Shown: positions 12,785-25,271, counted from the first letter of the stretch. The stretch is DNA of 64,000 nt from Octopus sinensis (GCF_006345805.1 NC_043010.1:5704001-5768000); one strand, 5' to 3'. Numbers and translations: made by a program. Notes: generated by a model not told the origin, from the letters alone.

Positions 12785-13635
12785 CTAGATGGGAAAAACA
12801 ACTACAAAGTACTGCTGAAATCCTTTTGCAAATTATAGAACATGCAGTACAAGAAAATTGTGAAAGCTATCGTAATTCAAAGGACAAATACTGTTCTTGA
12901 TAGACAAGCACCTGTTAAAACATGACAATTGATGCTTTATAAACAACAGTAGCCTTTACACATGACATTTGACATCTGCTGATCATACAGAATTTGACAT
13001 TAGAAGAAAAAGGTAGGAATCTAAACTATGTCTTAAGAAAAAGTGTATTGAACTCTCAAAAGACATTTTGAGGGGAAAATGTTTGTACAGTTTTAGTGGT
13101 TATAACAAGAAAAGACAATTTGTAAAGTTGAAAAGCCTAACAGGTAGCGTATGAAAAAAAGTAGCTACTGCAAAGTTTAAACATGACAAGACATGGATGT
13201 CTTCAGTTGTGATCTAACAACTCAAAAGGTTACAAAACATTGCATGTTTACCTACTTATCTAAAACTATAGAATTATGACTAAGCTGGAGATTCACCAAT
13301 CGTTACTTTGATTTAGATAATTGTCTGCTAGCCTTTCACACAGTTTTGAGTAATATTTTATATTTTATTTCATATTATCCGTTAAAATAGTTCATACCAT
13401 TCTTTTTTTCTATTTCATGTAGTATACTGCATATTTAATATTCTTCAATTCATGATTGAAATAAACTAATTTAATTGAATTCTAATTAAGCTATGCAGAG
13501 AAATTATGTAGACTAACAGTTAAGGTGTTTGGCTCTTAATCATAAGACCATGGTTCAATTCCTAGACTAGGCAGTATGTGTACTTGACTAAGGCAATTCA
13601 TTTCAAGTTTGAGTATCAGTTAGCTGCTAGTGGTG

Positions 13636-13673
<38 letters not shown>

Positions 13674-13682
13674 AGTTGTTAC

Positions 13683-13765
13683 ATCCTGGATGCTTCATTG
13701 GGTCAAGAGTGAGGTGGGGACCAAATGAGTATCTATGTCTGGTCTGCTTCTGACTATATAGGCAC
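13683..13765 (-). CDS. Candidate exon, unknown host gene
   Basis: Acceptor ctaattgtttcag, donor GAT|GTAACA. Only phase 2 is open: CLYSQKQTRHRYSFGPHLTLDPMKHPG. Confidence 0.35.
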
Positions 13766-14104
13766 CTGAAACAATTAGCAGCAGCATGGAACATGTAACC
13801 AGCCCATGCACATTTAAATGTGATGTATCAGAACATAAAAAGTAGGTGAATATGACAGTGGTATATAATTAACCACAGGAGACTGACAGACGACTTTGAA
13901 AAGAAAAATGATTTAATTATTATATATATAAATAAAAAAAAAAGATAGTCAATTACTTTCACCTTTCTATATTCATTTTAATTACAATATCCCTCAGTAC
14001 ATCATGAAATATCCTTCAAGTTGGTTATTAAATAAATTATTGTTTGTATAAGTTATTTGCTAGAAATATAGAGATAAAAGGTGCAGACATAACAAAATCT
14101 GAAG

Positions 14105-14385
14105 GCATAGCTGCAGGTGCAGATTGTGAGGTTAAGTAGTTTGCTGGCAACTACATGGTTTTGGATTCAATCCCACTGTATGGTACCCTGGGAAAGTAGC
14201 ATTTTCTGTAGTTCTGTGTCAATCAACACCTTGTGAATGGATTTAGTATATGTGTTTGTGTGTGTATGTGTTTGTAAGAGGAAGGGCATCAACTGCAGAA
14301 AATCTGCTGCAACAAATTCTACCTGAGTCATGCAAGCATGGAAGATTCAACATTAAAATGGTGTTAATGACATGATCAAATTTGG
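14105..14385 (+). mobile_element. Old chimeric SINE: family A head joined to family C tail
   Basis: Degenerate A head (GGATTCAATCCCAC, ACCCTGGGAAAG) followed by GGAAGGGCATC...CATGCAAGCATGGAA. Confidence 0.55.
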
Positions 14386-14477
14386 TGCTGACAATTCTTA
14401 ACTTCATCGAAGAATGGTTAAGATGCTTTATAGTCATTAGAGAGAGAGAAAAAGGAGTAATAAAGAGCATTAGGGAG

Positions 14478-14752
14478 ATAATGGTGGACTGGCTCCTGTA
14501 CAGGTGGCACATAAAAAGTACCATTTGAGCGTGGCCATTGCCAGTACCACCTGACTGGCCCTCGTGCTGGTGGCACGTAAAAAGCATCCACTACACTCTC
14601 AGAATGGTTGGTGTTAGGAAGAGCATCCAGCTGTAGAAATTCTGCCAGATCAGATTGGAGTCTGGTGCAGCCATCTGGTTCGCCAGACCTCAGTCAAATC
14701 GTCCAACCCATGCTAGCATGGAAAGTGGACGTTAAACGATGATGATGATGAT
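14478..14752 (+). mobile_element. Family C repeat with (ATG)n tail
   Basis: TGGTTGGTGTTAGGAAGAGCATCCAGCTGTAGAA...CCCATGCTAGCATGGAAAGTGGACGTTAAACGATGATGATG. Confidence 0.88.
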
Positions 14753-15524
14753 AGTTAGTAGTACAAGGAGATAAATTATTTAGCTTTATCAAGGGCCATT
14801 ATGGAAGCTATACGAATATCATACTAACAATTCATTTAAAATAACTGGAAGACATGTTTTAGTGAAATATAGGAGATATATACCAGTTGATCATTGTTGG
14901 ATAAAACAGGCTTATGTTAGCAATCTTTAGTGTTTATTGTAAAATTTCTGCAGTGTCTTTTTGTAAAATCTAGATTTTTCTAAATGCATGGCATTTGATA
15001 AGTATTGTCAAGGTTAGAAGGAGTTGACTCAAATGAGGGCATGCATCATATATCTCATAGATCAAGAAATGTTGAAACAGCTGCAGTTGGGAAATATGTC
15101 ACTTGATGCAAGTGTGAACTTTAGTCAGTTAACAAAAATTGATATCAAGTTTTAAAAGTGGATATTTTTTACATCAGCTAAAACCAAGAGTTGCCAAAAC
15201 TCACTACCCGGCCAAAATAAAACAAAATTTTCTAAATGCAAATTCTGTAATTATGTAGTTATGAACACATGTTTGTAAAAAGGATATGCCATGCATTTAG
15301 AAAAATGCAAATTGCAGAGGAACAAACAAAAACCTTTTTCATCAGCTTGTAGCTTTAGAAAGAAAAGTATAGAACATGTTGAACAAATTGAGAATAAAAC
15401 CTCAGGCATTGAAAAAAAATATATTATCATACTAGAAGAGAAAGAAAAAGCTCAGCTTACTTCAGCTTAAATGCTAGCTTACATATCCAAGGGGAAACCA
15501 GTTGCAAAATTATCGTAATTACAA

Positions 15525-15840
15525 AGTGGCACTCTGTCAGTTATAACAACAAGCGTTCCAGTTGATCTAATTGATCAATAGAATAATCTGCTTGTGAAAT
15601 TAACGTGCAAGTGGCTGAACACTCGCTAGATATGTGCACCCTTAATGTAGTTCTTATGGAGATTTGGTGTGACACAGAATGTGACAAGGCCAGATTCCAC
15701 TAATTTTTTCTAACTCAGTGGACTGGGGCAACAGGAAATAAATTGTTTTGCACTAAGACACAACACACTGCAGGGAATCAAATTCATGACCTTACGATCA
15801 TGAGCCAAGTACGCTAATCACTAAGCTACAGGCTTTCACA
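15525..15840 (-). mobile_element. SINE with family D-type tRNA head and a different body
   Basis: Minus-strand head TAGCTTAGTGATTAG...GATCGTAAGGTCATGAATTTGATTCCC. Confidence 0.6.
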
Positions 15841-17019
15841 TCTTAATTCCAAGACACTTTTAGATACTCGTTGTTGAGGCTGAGATCAACCTCAACTTTG
15901 TAAAAGCCATCTGCAGCTTCACTGATCAGTGCTTAAAGCTGAAAATTTTTTAGACACTCAAAAGCATACACTAACCATGAAATTATAATAATAGTGGTCT
16001 TAAACTAAGATGCCTGTCATGGTGCAACTGAACTGATAAATATTAATAGTGCAATATTAATTCAAATCTAATATTGAATCTGTCTTTTGCTTGTTAGCTG
16101 GTATGAAATTTTTTGAAAAATTCCTTCTCTAAGGCATTTATTACAAAATTCAAATGGGTAACTTCAAAGCAATCACTACTGTTAACAATTACGGTGAGAT
16201 GGACTCAAAATAATATTTTATAATGTACAAATTCTAGCCATTATTTTTCAATGCACAAAAGAAAAGGGCTTAGTGGAGGGTGTAAAAAAATTAGAATAAC
16301 ATATATTTGGGTATAACTACAAGGGGGAAATTGAACATAAAGACCAAGGTCATATTGGACTGACTGAGAGACACAGACAACTGCATCATTAGCAGCCACA
16401 AGAAATGGAGTAATATTGTGTGAGATATTATTTCATTTCAAAGGAAAGTGGTTCTGCAGACTGACATTTGATATTAGAAAATATCAGATGTATCTCCTTT
16501 TTTTAATAAAAAAGAACTGGAATAATTTTTAGAATTTTTTTTTAGTGTTGGTAATTTTATGGTTGGTATTTGCCAAAATATCTTGAAATAGTCAAACTAT
16601 TTGTGAAAATGTTTAAGAAAAATATTGGATTAGCTTCCACAAATATTCAGTAAAGGGCATAAGAGAATTTAAAAAGTGTTCTTGTTGAAAAACCTGTTGT
16701 AATATTTGATGCCAACAAAGACAACACATTAACATCTTATTCTGTATTAGGAATTTTAGCACTGGACTACTATTCAGTGCCATATTTATCAAGGAGGTTT
16801 TAAATAGCAGCCCCTTTTGTTGTTTTTATATGTGGAAAACTCCCACATAGAATCAATTATAGACCTCTTGAACTTATCTTAAACCCATGCAAAAAACTTC
16901 AAAAGTTTGTCTTTGAGGATACCAAGGTGGGCAATACAGTTCACAGTGTTTGATTTTGACATTACTTATTTCAAGAATGGTGCTCAGTGAAACTGACTGG
17001 GCATGGAATAAAATTTAGC

Positions 17020-17225
17020 AAACTGGCAGAATCATTAGCTCACAGGACACAATGCTTAGTGTCATTTCATGTTTTTATGCTTTGAGTTCAAATTCTACCA
17101 AGGTTGCCTTTACCTGATATCCTTTTCATGTTGATAAAATAAGAACCAGTCAAGCATTGGGGTCGATGCAATTGACTAAACCTGCCCCAAATTTTCAGGC
17201 CTTGTGCCTAAAGTAGAACGGAGAT
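17020..17225 (+). mobile_element. SINE family B2 (Meta-like centre, alternative tail)
   Basis: GAGTTCAAATTC, GTTGATAAAATAAGAACCAG, tail GGCCTTGTGCCTAAAGTAGAA. Confidence 0.65.
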
Positions 17226-17574
17226 TACACTTGTCAATGAAAATACCATTCCTCTGATTGATTTGCTCACATTATTACATTTTATATCACTGTTAAAAGA
17301 CATTAGTAAAAGACATATGATGTACCTTGATCAACTTGATTTTCTTCTCCCAAATAGCACGATGTACACTTTTAGGCATGTGGCCTGCAGTGTAGCATGC
17401 TGCAGAGCAGTGCAGCATGGTTTAACTAGCTCTAGAAATGCTGCCTGATCCAATATTGGACAAAATCATTCCCAGAATAAAAAGGAATGCCTGGAGTGGA
17501 GTAACTGTTCCAAAGCTGTATAATCTTATAAGTATGTTCATCATAGATTAGCCCTGGAAGACAGTATCTTTTAC

Positions 17575-17620
17575 CATAACAATCTTTTGGTTCCATCAAA
17601 GGCATCTAGGAAGCTAATTG
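17575..17620 (-). CDS. Candidate exon, unknown host gene
   Basis: Acceptor cactttttttag, donor ATG|GTAAAA. Only phase 1 is open: xISFLDAFDGTKRLLx, ending in phase 2. Confidence 0.4.
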
Positions 17621-19279
17621 CTAAAAAAAGTGTTTGTGATATCCATTGTGGCATTACTGCTACATGATAATGGCACCCAACTGATACTTTTCCAAATAAG
17701 TTCGTTTTCAGTAAGGCTAGAGGTTATATGCATCCCTGAAAGGAAGAATTCAACTACAAAACAGATGTTATGATGTACCCAAGCAATAACCCAAAATTTC
17801 TTTACAGCAATTTCTACTCTAGGCTACAAAAGCTTGGCTGCATTTCTTACAAAATGCCTCCCTATCACTTGTAATGAAATGGAATTAAAGAATTAAAATG
17901 GAATTAAAGAATTAAAGAATTAAAAAAGTTCTCTCCCCATAAAAGAAAGGGTAATTTTTACCTTACTTATAACTCAGTTATTATATGATACAACACAGAC
18001 AGATTTGAATATCCTTCTGTTTTGAAAGGATATCAGATCCATACATCCTTTGATTATGAATTATTAAGTAGAAGTGCTTTAGAAAAGAATAATGGCCCAA
18101 CTTCAGAAGTGGAAGCTAGACACAACACCACTCATGAGGAATTCTGGAAGGAACTTTCTGAGACCACTGCAGGAATGCTTCTGGAAAAAAAAAATTCAGC
18201 AACCGATGGAAAACTGATTATAGCAGTAACTCAATCAATTCCTAGCGATAACTGAAGAAGGAATTTTCATATTCCAAAATATTATTATATCAGACTATGA
18301 ACAATTGAATTATAACAGTTATTATAGTTCACTCTGCATTATTGTGCCATTCAAGACCCATTATATTTCACAAACAATACTCAAGATAACTACAGTACTC
18401 TACTACTGTTGTTGTAAGGAATGGTCGCACAGACCAAATCAGGCCTAGACACAAGCCACTTGAAACAAATAAGTATAATGGCAGAAGTATTGGTGGTGCC
18501 TATTTTTACAGTGGTACCTCACTTAGTATGAGATGCATTCGTAATAGTGCAAGGAGAGCAACCAACGCAAACCTCTACTGAACGAATATTTAAGAGGAAT
18601 TCTTAGTCTGCTCAGGGTACTTAGGTATGCTTGAGGAAAATGTGAAGAAATAGATGTTTTAACAAGGTATCAGACTGTATCTATGAATATTGTATATTGT
18701 GAATACTGTGTATTGAAAAATTGAAACTATGTCCTTGATACATTAATAATGATGCATGCTTTTTATGTGTTTGCATATGATTTGATAGGTTTAAGATGGT
18801 TATTAGGGCCACAGGCAGTCACGACCTGTCATTTGACTGAGACAACTGAATGTAAAGGAACACACGTGAACATGACAATATTTGGATAAACTCAGTATCA
18901 CACCACACGAAAAGTTTCAGGGGAAGAGGAAGCTGAGTGAAGAAGAGAAGAAAGAAGGTGATTGTGCCGTTGCTGTGGTTACTAAAAGTAACTAAAGGGA
19001 CACCAACACCCTCTCTCGTTTACTCACTCAGCCAAAGGGACCGGCAGCTAAACACTGAATGTTGTATTCTTCACTCAACACAGTAATTCAGCCTATTGAA
19101 CTTTCTTCCAGGAACTAACACACACACACACACACACATACACTCACACACACACACACACACACTCACACACACACACAAAACAAGCAAACAAACAAAC
19201 ACACATGTGACTATGAGCTGTTTTTTAAAATGAATAAATCATCAGTAAACTTGATGATATGTATTAATTATACATGCAT

Positions 19280-19698
19280 AGACGCAGGAGTGGCTGTGTG
19301 GTAAGTAGCTTGCTAACCAACCACATGGTTCCGGGTTCAGTCCCATTGCATGGCATCTTGGGCAAGTGTCTTCTGCTATAGCCCCGGGCCGACCAATGCC
19401 TTGTAAGTGGATTCGGTAGACGGAAACTGAAAGAAGCCTGTCGTATCTATGTATATATATATATCAGTGTGTGTGTGTGTATATGTTTGTGTGTCTGTAT
19501 TTGTCCCCGTAGCATTGCTTGACAACCGATGCTGGTGTGTTTATGTCCCCGTTACTTAGTGGTTCGGCAAAAGAGACCGATAGAATAAGTACTGGGCTTA
19601 CAAAAGAATAAGTCCCGGGGTCGAGCTGCACGACTAAAGGCGGTGCTCCAGCATGGCCGCAGTCAAATGACTGAAACAAGTAAAAGAGTAAAAGAGTA
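19280..19698 (+). mobile_element. SINE family A, full length
   Basis: All family A modules present. Confidence 0.93.
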
Positions 19699-19854
19699 TG
19701 CATGCATTCATGTATCCTTCCCTCCTTCCATCCATCCATGCATCTATCCATACATACATATAGCCATCTCTCCATCATGAAAATACTTTTGATTATATTT
19801 AAGATGCCCCAAAAAATAAATATAAAAGTATAAGAAAAACAAATGGATAAATAA

Positions 19855-20235
19855 TACATCTGCAGATAGAATATTTCTTCTGACTTTCTGGGATTTTCTT
19901 TGGTTATTATCACACTGGCCCCATTGCCATGTTGGACAGCTCTTCTGATGGTTTGAAATACATACAATAAAACTTGTGGCTCTGTTGTGTCATCTTCAAT
20001 TTCGTTTCTAATCTCCTTCATGAATTTTAGATCGCTGAGGGTCCATTGCACTTTTGTTTCTTTGCATACTGAGACTAATTCATATTTTGCATGTAAATTA
20101 AAATATTTTACTAATTTAATCTTTCTTAAATTTCCATTGTCTTCCAAGGAATTAAAAAAGAAGCCAGATGGATGGTAGAAAAGGTGTCAGGACAAGTTCC
20201 ACACAAGGGTCCTGCTATTTTTTTATTAGAAAAGA
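19855..20235 (-). pseudogene. CRE-like non-LTR retrotransposon C-terminus (restriction-like endonuclease region), decayed
   Basis: LVWN..CPDTF..IHL, K..KY..L...Y..V....ET...W....LKF.KEI...I.D.T.EP....Y.FQ.I..AVQ.GN.ASV, ending EEIFYL. Confidence 0.65.
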
Positions 20236-20376
20236 GAAAGTTAACAAAGCAACATGGTATTTCTTATCAGTCTCTGATACAATAATGGTTCCACAGATGG
20301 AAGATATGTTATCAGAGAAGAAGACTGCGTTTGATAAGACAGTAGACTTGGGAATACAAAAGATGGTTGTCTTTGC

Positions 20377-20604
20377 TTAACCCTTTCATTACCAACCCAG
20401 CTGAAACTGGCTCTGGCTCTGAATACAAATGTTTTGTTTTCATAAGTTTTCAATTAAAATCTTCCACCAAACCTTAGTCACACTTTATATTCCTAACACC
20501 AGCTGAATGATAACTAAGTTATTTAACTAAATTCTTTGCTATATTTAAAGTAATTGAAAGAAACACTGAGCATCTCAAAATAAATACAGTAACGAAAGGA
20601 TTAA
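20377..20604. mobile_element. piggyBac-like MITE, 220 bp
   Basis: TTAA flanks at 20377-20380 and 20601-20604; TIRs CCCTTTCATTAC / GTAACGAAAGGA with 2 mismatches. Confidence 0.75.
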
Positions 20605-20725
20605 TGGTCAGGTAGTCTATATACTCCATCTGAATCTGCCCTAGTGTTCACATTTGAAACAAGTTTGAAGACGGTACAAAGGAGGACTGAGATAAAGCCC
20701 ATGATCCTGAACTGAGTTTTGTTCA

Positions 20726-20802
20726 TTTTTAGACTTAGAGCAGGGATCAGAATTGTGATAACCCTTTTTAGACTTAGAGCAGGGATCAGAATTGTGATAA
20801 CC
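20726..20802. repeat. 39 bp direct duplication
   Basis: TTTTTAGACTTAGAGCAGGGATCAGAATTGTGATAACC present twice. Confidence 0.95.
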
Positions 20803-20983
20803 AGTCTGACAAATGCCCTGCTGAGACTGCAAGAGGCTTATATTTATTCATGTCAGAAAAAGTAACTGCGAAGAAGGGAAGTTGGATTTACAATGGGACA
20901 AATTTTGGGCTGTTTTTTAGGAGTTACATCAAGAAAACTTTGCTACTACTCAGATTTTCAAACCACATGTGTAAATTTCTCAC

Positions 20984-21043
20984 ATGCTTCTCCTTGGAAA
21001 TGATCCAGAAAGACATTGATGACTAAAACATGCTTGGCATATA
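20984..21043 (-). CDS. Candidate exon, unknown host gene
   Basis: Long pyrimidine tract ending gtcatcag, donor CAT|GTGAGA, 60 nt. Phase 1 gives xYAKHVLVINVFLDHFQGEAx; the phase 2 frame is also open. Confidence 0.45.
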
Positions 21044-21294
21044 CTGATGACAAAAATCACAAGTAAAAGAAGAAAAAAAATCCGTTATGGCTCTGATCCC
21101 ATGACAAGCATAAATAACAGGGAAATGAACTTTGAGCTAAAGTTTTCTCCAAGAAGGTGCAGAATTTATTTCAAGGTTTTATTGATCATAAAGCAGATAG
21201 AAAGCAATTATAGAATCTCTGTCAAAAGATTAAGGAATAATTAATAAATGGCATGTTTATAACACTTTCAAGCAATACTCATGAAAAGAATGTA

Positions 21295-21575
21295 TATATG
21301 CGTGTATGTATGTATGTATGCATGTATGTATATACGTATGTATGTATGTATGTATGTATGTATGTATGTATGTATGTATGCATGTATGTATGTACATGTA
21401 TGTATGTATGTATGTATGCATGCATGTATGTATGTACATGTATGTATGTATGTATGTATGTATGTATGCATGCATGTATGTATGTACATGTATGTATGTA
21501 TGTATGTATGTATGTATGTACATGTATGTATGTACATGTATGTATGTACATGTATGTATGTACATGTATGTATGA
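21295..21575. repeat. (ATGT)n microsatellite
   Basis: Direct observation. Confidence 0.97.
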
Positions 21576-21671
21576 ATCGCTCTCCCCCTCATTCTCTATA
21601 CACACATATACATATACATACACATATACACAAACACACATATATATATGTATTTATATATATATATAAAC

Positions 21672-21716
<45 letters not shown>

Positions 21717-21764
21717 TACACACATAAAAACACTCAGACACACACACACACACACACAGAGTAA

Positions 21765-22520
21765 AAGATATTAAAAGGTTTGGCCAGCTATAGACGGGTT
21801 TAGAACAATATGGAAGTTATCCCTACCAGATGAATTGAAGAGACAGTTCTTCAGAGCAGTCGTTGAATCTGTGCTTGTATATGGATCTCCGACTTGGACT
21901 CTCACCAAGAGACTCAGGTGCATGCTGGACGGTGCCTTCACCAGAATGTTACATACAGTGCACAACATCTCTTGGAGGGAGCACCCAACATAACAATGGT
22001 TATATGGGAATTTACCAGCTTTCTCATCAACCTTCCAAGAGCGAAGATTGAGGTTTGCTGACCACTGCTGGAGAAGTAAAGAAGAACTTATGAATAATGT
22101 GTTGCTGTGGATACTAAGTCATGCTACCACAGTGGCTGGAAGACCACAAACGATGTATATATAACAGGCGGCGAGCTGGCAGAATCGTTAGCACGTCGGG
22201 CAAAATGCGTAGCCGTATTTCGTCTGCTGTCACGTGTTCTGGGTTCAAATTTCATCCTTTCGGGGTCGATAAATTAAGTACCAGTTACGCACTGGGGTCG
22301 ATGTAATCGACTTAATCCCTTTGACTGTCCTTGTTTGTCCCTTCTATGTTTAGCCCCTTGTGGGTAGTAAAGAAATAGATGTATATATAACAGTTTGTAG
22401 ATGTTGGATGGCAAGCTGAAGACCTAAAAATACTAATGGAAGGTAAGGAGGGATGGAGAGACGTTGTCAGGCTGGCCCGGGCAATCAGCCTCACTGGTTG
22501 ATACCTCAATAAGATAAGAT
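21765..22520 (+). mobile_element. RTE-clade LINE 3' fragment, interrupted by a SINE
   Basis: FFRAVVESVLVYGSPTWTLT...LDGAFTRML...NISW..H...LYGNLP...ERRLRFADHCWR...LLW...GRP; the frame resumes after the SINE (MEGKEGWR) and ends in an AATAAGATAAGAT tail. Confidence 0.88.
22168..22377 (+). mobile_element. SINE family B with 16 bp target-site duplication
   Basis: GATGTATATATAACAG at 22152-22167 and 22378-22393. Confidence 0.95.
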
Positions 22521-22699
22521 GAATATATATGATATAGAATATGGAGTAAAGTCGCAATATTAGCTATAGAACTTGAGTTTACAACATGAAACTCAGTTAT
22601 TGATGCATGAATGTACACATGTATAAATGTAATTATGTCTATCTATCTATCTATGTATCTGTGTATATATATGTATATGTGTAAGTGTGTGTAAAATGT

Positions 22700-22900
22700 G
22701 ACCGCGTGTGTACCGTTGGTGATTTTTTTCCTCTTTCTTCCCTTCTCTGGATCTTTCCTTCTCCTATGTTTCCAACGAAGAGCTCCGCTCGAAACGTTAA
22801 ACCCTCCTTCTTTCCTTCTTTCCTGAGCGTCCAATAATACTATATTTGTTCCACATCCTTGCGTTGTTGTGTTTTCTCTTTGTGTTTTCATGTTTGGATT
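22700..22900 (+). mobile_element. Penelope-like pseudo-LTR fragment
   Basis: Near-identical reverse copy at 41570-41755; flanked by TA/CA microsatellite; contains a hammerhead motif. Confidence 0.6.
22768..22802 (+). ncRNA. Minimal type I hammerhead ribozyme-like motif, variant core
   Basis: GTTT-CCAACGAA-GAGC tcc GCTC-GAAAC-GTT-AAAC. Confidence 0.55.
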
Positions 22901-22926
22901 AACTATATATATATATATATATATAG

Positions 22927-23050
22927 CCGAAATTACTACGATGATCCGGTTCTTGACTGAAGACTGAGGGGTTCGAATGTCTGTCCATGTTATTGTATCG
23001 TCTTCTATGAGTTATACGTTCTGTCCATGTTGTATTTTTCTACATACCTT
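22927..23050 (+). mobile_element. Second Penelope-like fragment with decayed hammerhead-like motif
   Basis: CTGAAGAC...GTTCGAATGTC at 22957-22981; embedded in (TA)n. Confidence 0.35.
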
Positions 23051-23353
23051 AATATATATATATATATATATATGTTCATATACATATACACATAACATAC
23101 ATATTCATATATATATGTATATATATACACACATAAACACGCATGCACACATACACACACACACACATTCACCTGTATATCAATATTAAGCTACGTTAGC
23201 ATAAAAAGAAGAAAACAAACACAAGATCAAATAAAGATTGAAGACTACTGGTGACAAATACACAAAAGACATTTAAAAAGCAAATTCCTAAACAATTACA
23301 TCACAGACCAAACATTATCTCCTCCCAGCACTAGCCACAAATATGGTGCTCAC

Positions 23354-23389
23354 CATAACACATTGGGAAGAACATTCCACAACAGGTAG
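23354..23389 (-). CDS. Candidate exon, unknown host gene
   Basis: Acceptor gccttgcag, donor ATG|GTGAGC, 36 nt. All three frames are open, so the phase is ambiguous. Confidence 0.3.
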
Positions 23390-24019
23390 CTGCAAGGCTG
23401 CTCTATATTCAAACCAACGTTTCAGAACTGCTTCATAAATTTTTCATTGTTAATCAAACATTTGACACTGTCAAAGGCCTTCTGTTTATGATCAGTGTAT
23501 ACCCAATATTCTCAGCAGATTGCTAAACCAATGTGTTTCATGGTTATTTAATGAGATTATATAACTGTCTAGGTAAAACCATTCTCCACTGTTCAAGCAA
23601 TAATCTTAAAATATTAACTATTATTGGAGGATTTTGAAAAGGTGATGGATTAACAAACATCCTTAGAGCACAAAGAAAAAAAATTCCTGGCAGTATTTGT
23701 TGAAGCTCTTCATATTTTGAGATGGGATCTTACCTTCCATTCTGTTGCAGTGGATGAAATAAAGTATCAATCAAGTACTGGGGTGGATATAATTGAGTAG
23801 CTCGTTTCCCTCAGAAATACTATGGGAAAGCAGTTCAAAAGCTTCGAATTTGGATGGTTGATGTCACCTTGGTACATCAAAGAAACACTTGGATAGCATA
23901 GGTGTATTGTTTATAGTAGACATGAAGTTTGATTCTCATAGATTATGTCACAACTATTTTTCCACTTTCTTATATATATACATACATACATACATACATA
24001 GATGACCTGCCTCCACTGT

Positions 24020-24347
24020 TGAGGCAAGTGGAAATCAGAACAAAAATCGAAGTTGATCAGCATCAATGGAAATTGCAGCTGTGATACCAGTGCCGGTGGC
24101 ACGTAAGCGAACCATCTGATCGTGGCCGATGCCAGCACCGCCCCGACTGGCCTCTGTGCCGGTGGCATGTAGAAAGCACCCACTACACTCACGGAGTGAT
24201 TGGCGTGAGGAAGGGCATCCAGCCGTAGAAACATTGCCAGATCAGACTGGGCTTGGTGCAGCCTTCTGGCTTCCCAGATCCCAGTTGAACCGGCCAACCC
24301 ATGCTAGCATGGAAAGCGGACGCTAAATGATGATGATGATGATAATG

Positions 24348-24350
<3 letters not shown>
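24020..24350 (+). mobile_element. Family C repeat
   Basis: Same body and (ATG)n tail as 14478-14752. Confidence 0.88.
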
Positions 24351-24379
<29 letters not shown>

Positions 24380-24381
24380 GT

Positions 24382-24435
<54 letters not shown>

Positions 24436-24483
24436 CGAATTTGTGTTGCAAGATTCCAGATGTAAAACCATGTGTTCAAACAG

Positions 24484-24886
24484 ATATTGTTATATTTCGG
24501 CATGGTCATTTTTTTTTTTCTTTTGGTGCCAAATAAACACACGCACTACATATTTGTTCTTCACTCGTTTATTACTGTTCTTATTTTAACTGATCTCCAT
24601 TGTCCAAAAATCTTGCATTGCACATCTGTAACCTCTACAGTGGCACTTTCTGTCCTCATGAATCCTCTTACTATGTTCTATAGAAGAACAAAATGGACTA
24701 AGCAAAGTAGGAGCATACACAAGGACAGAAAGTGTTACTGAGGAGGTCACAGATGTGTGATAAAAGATTTCTGGACAATGGACATAAGATAAAATAAGAA
24801 CAGTAATAAACAAGTGAAGAGCAAATATATAGTGCAAGTGTTTATTTGGCACAAAAAAAAATTACAATCCCAAAATATAACAATAT
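24484..24886. repeat. Long imperfect inverted repeat (foldback/MITE-like), arms about 190-200 bp
   Basis: GTGCCAAATAAACAC, GTTTATTACTGTTCTTATTTT and CACTTTCTGTCCT recur as reverse complements across a short central loop. Confidence 0.9.
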
Positions 24887-25124
24887 ATATAGATATTTTT
24901 CTTTTATGAGTATTACTTGAAAGTATGATAAACATTGTCATTTACTGATTATTTTTTAATCTTTTGTCATTGTCCCTATGATGTGTGACTAATTTAGAAA
25001 CGATCATTGTATTTAGAATAATTTTGCCATTTCAGTCAAATTTTTATTTAGTATCATAAGTTTGCGAAGTTTTTTTTTTAGAATTCAGAAGATTCCAGGT
25101 TTACATACTGGCAAGCACAAATAT

Positions 25125-25271
25125 TTTTGGAGGATTCGTGGTAAGAAGCCTGCTTCCCAACAATGTGGTCATGAATTCAGTCCACCATGCAGTACCTTGG
25201 GCAAGGGTTTTCTACTATAACCCCAGGCCAACAAAGCCTTAGGCTAGACAGAAACTGAAAGATGCTGCTCT

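Noticed and set aside
12646-12900. 84 aa plus-strand ORF
   Set aside because: In-frame stop just upstream, no ATG start, no recognisable motif; overlaps a minus-strand exon candidate.
12784-13683. Idea that A-to-I editing rescues the TAA formed at this splice junction
   Set aside because: Needs both adenosines edited; a missing exon or wrong exon call is far simpler.
18001-18255. 85-codon open frame with protein-like composition
   Set aside because: Weak acceptor, no recognisable homology, opposite strand to the exon chain.
23440-23520. KAFDSV, an RT-like motif
   Set aside because: Six residues with no neighbouring RT motifs.
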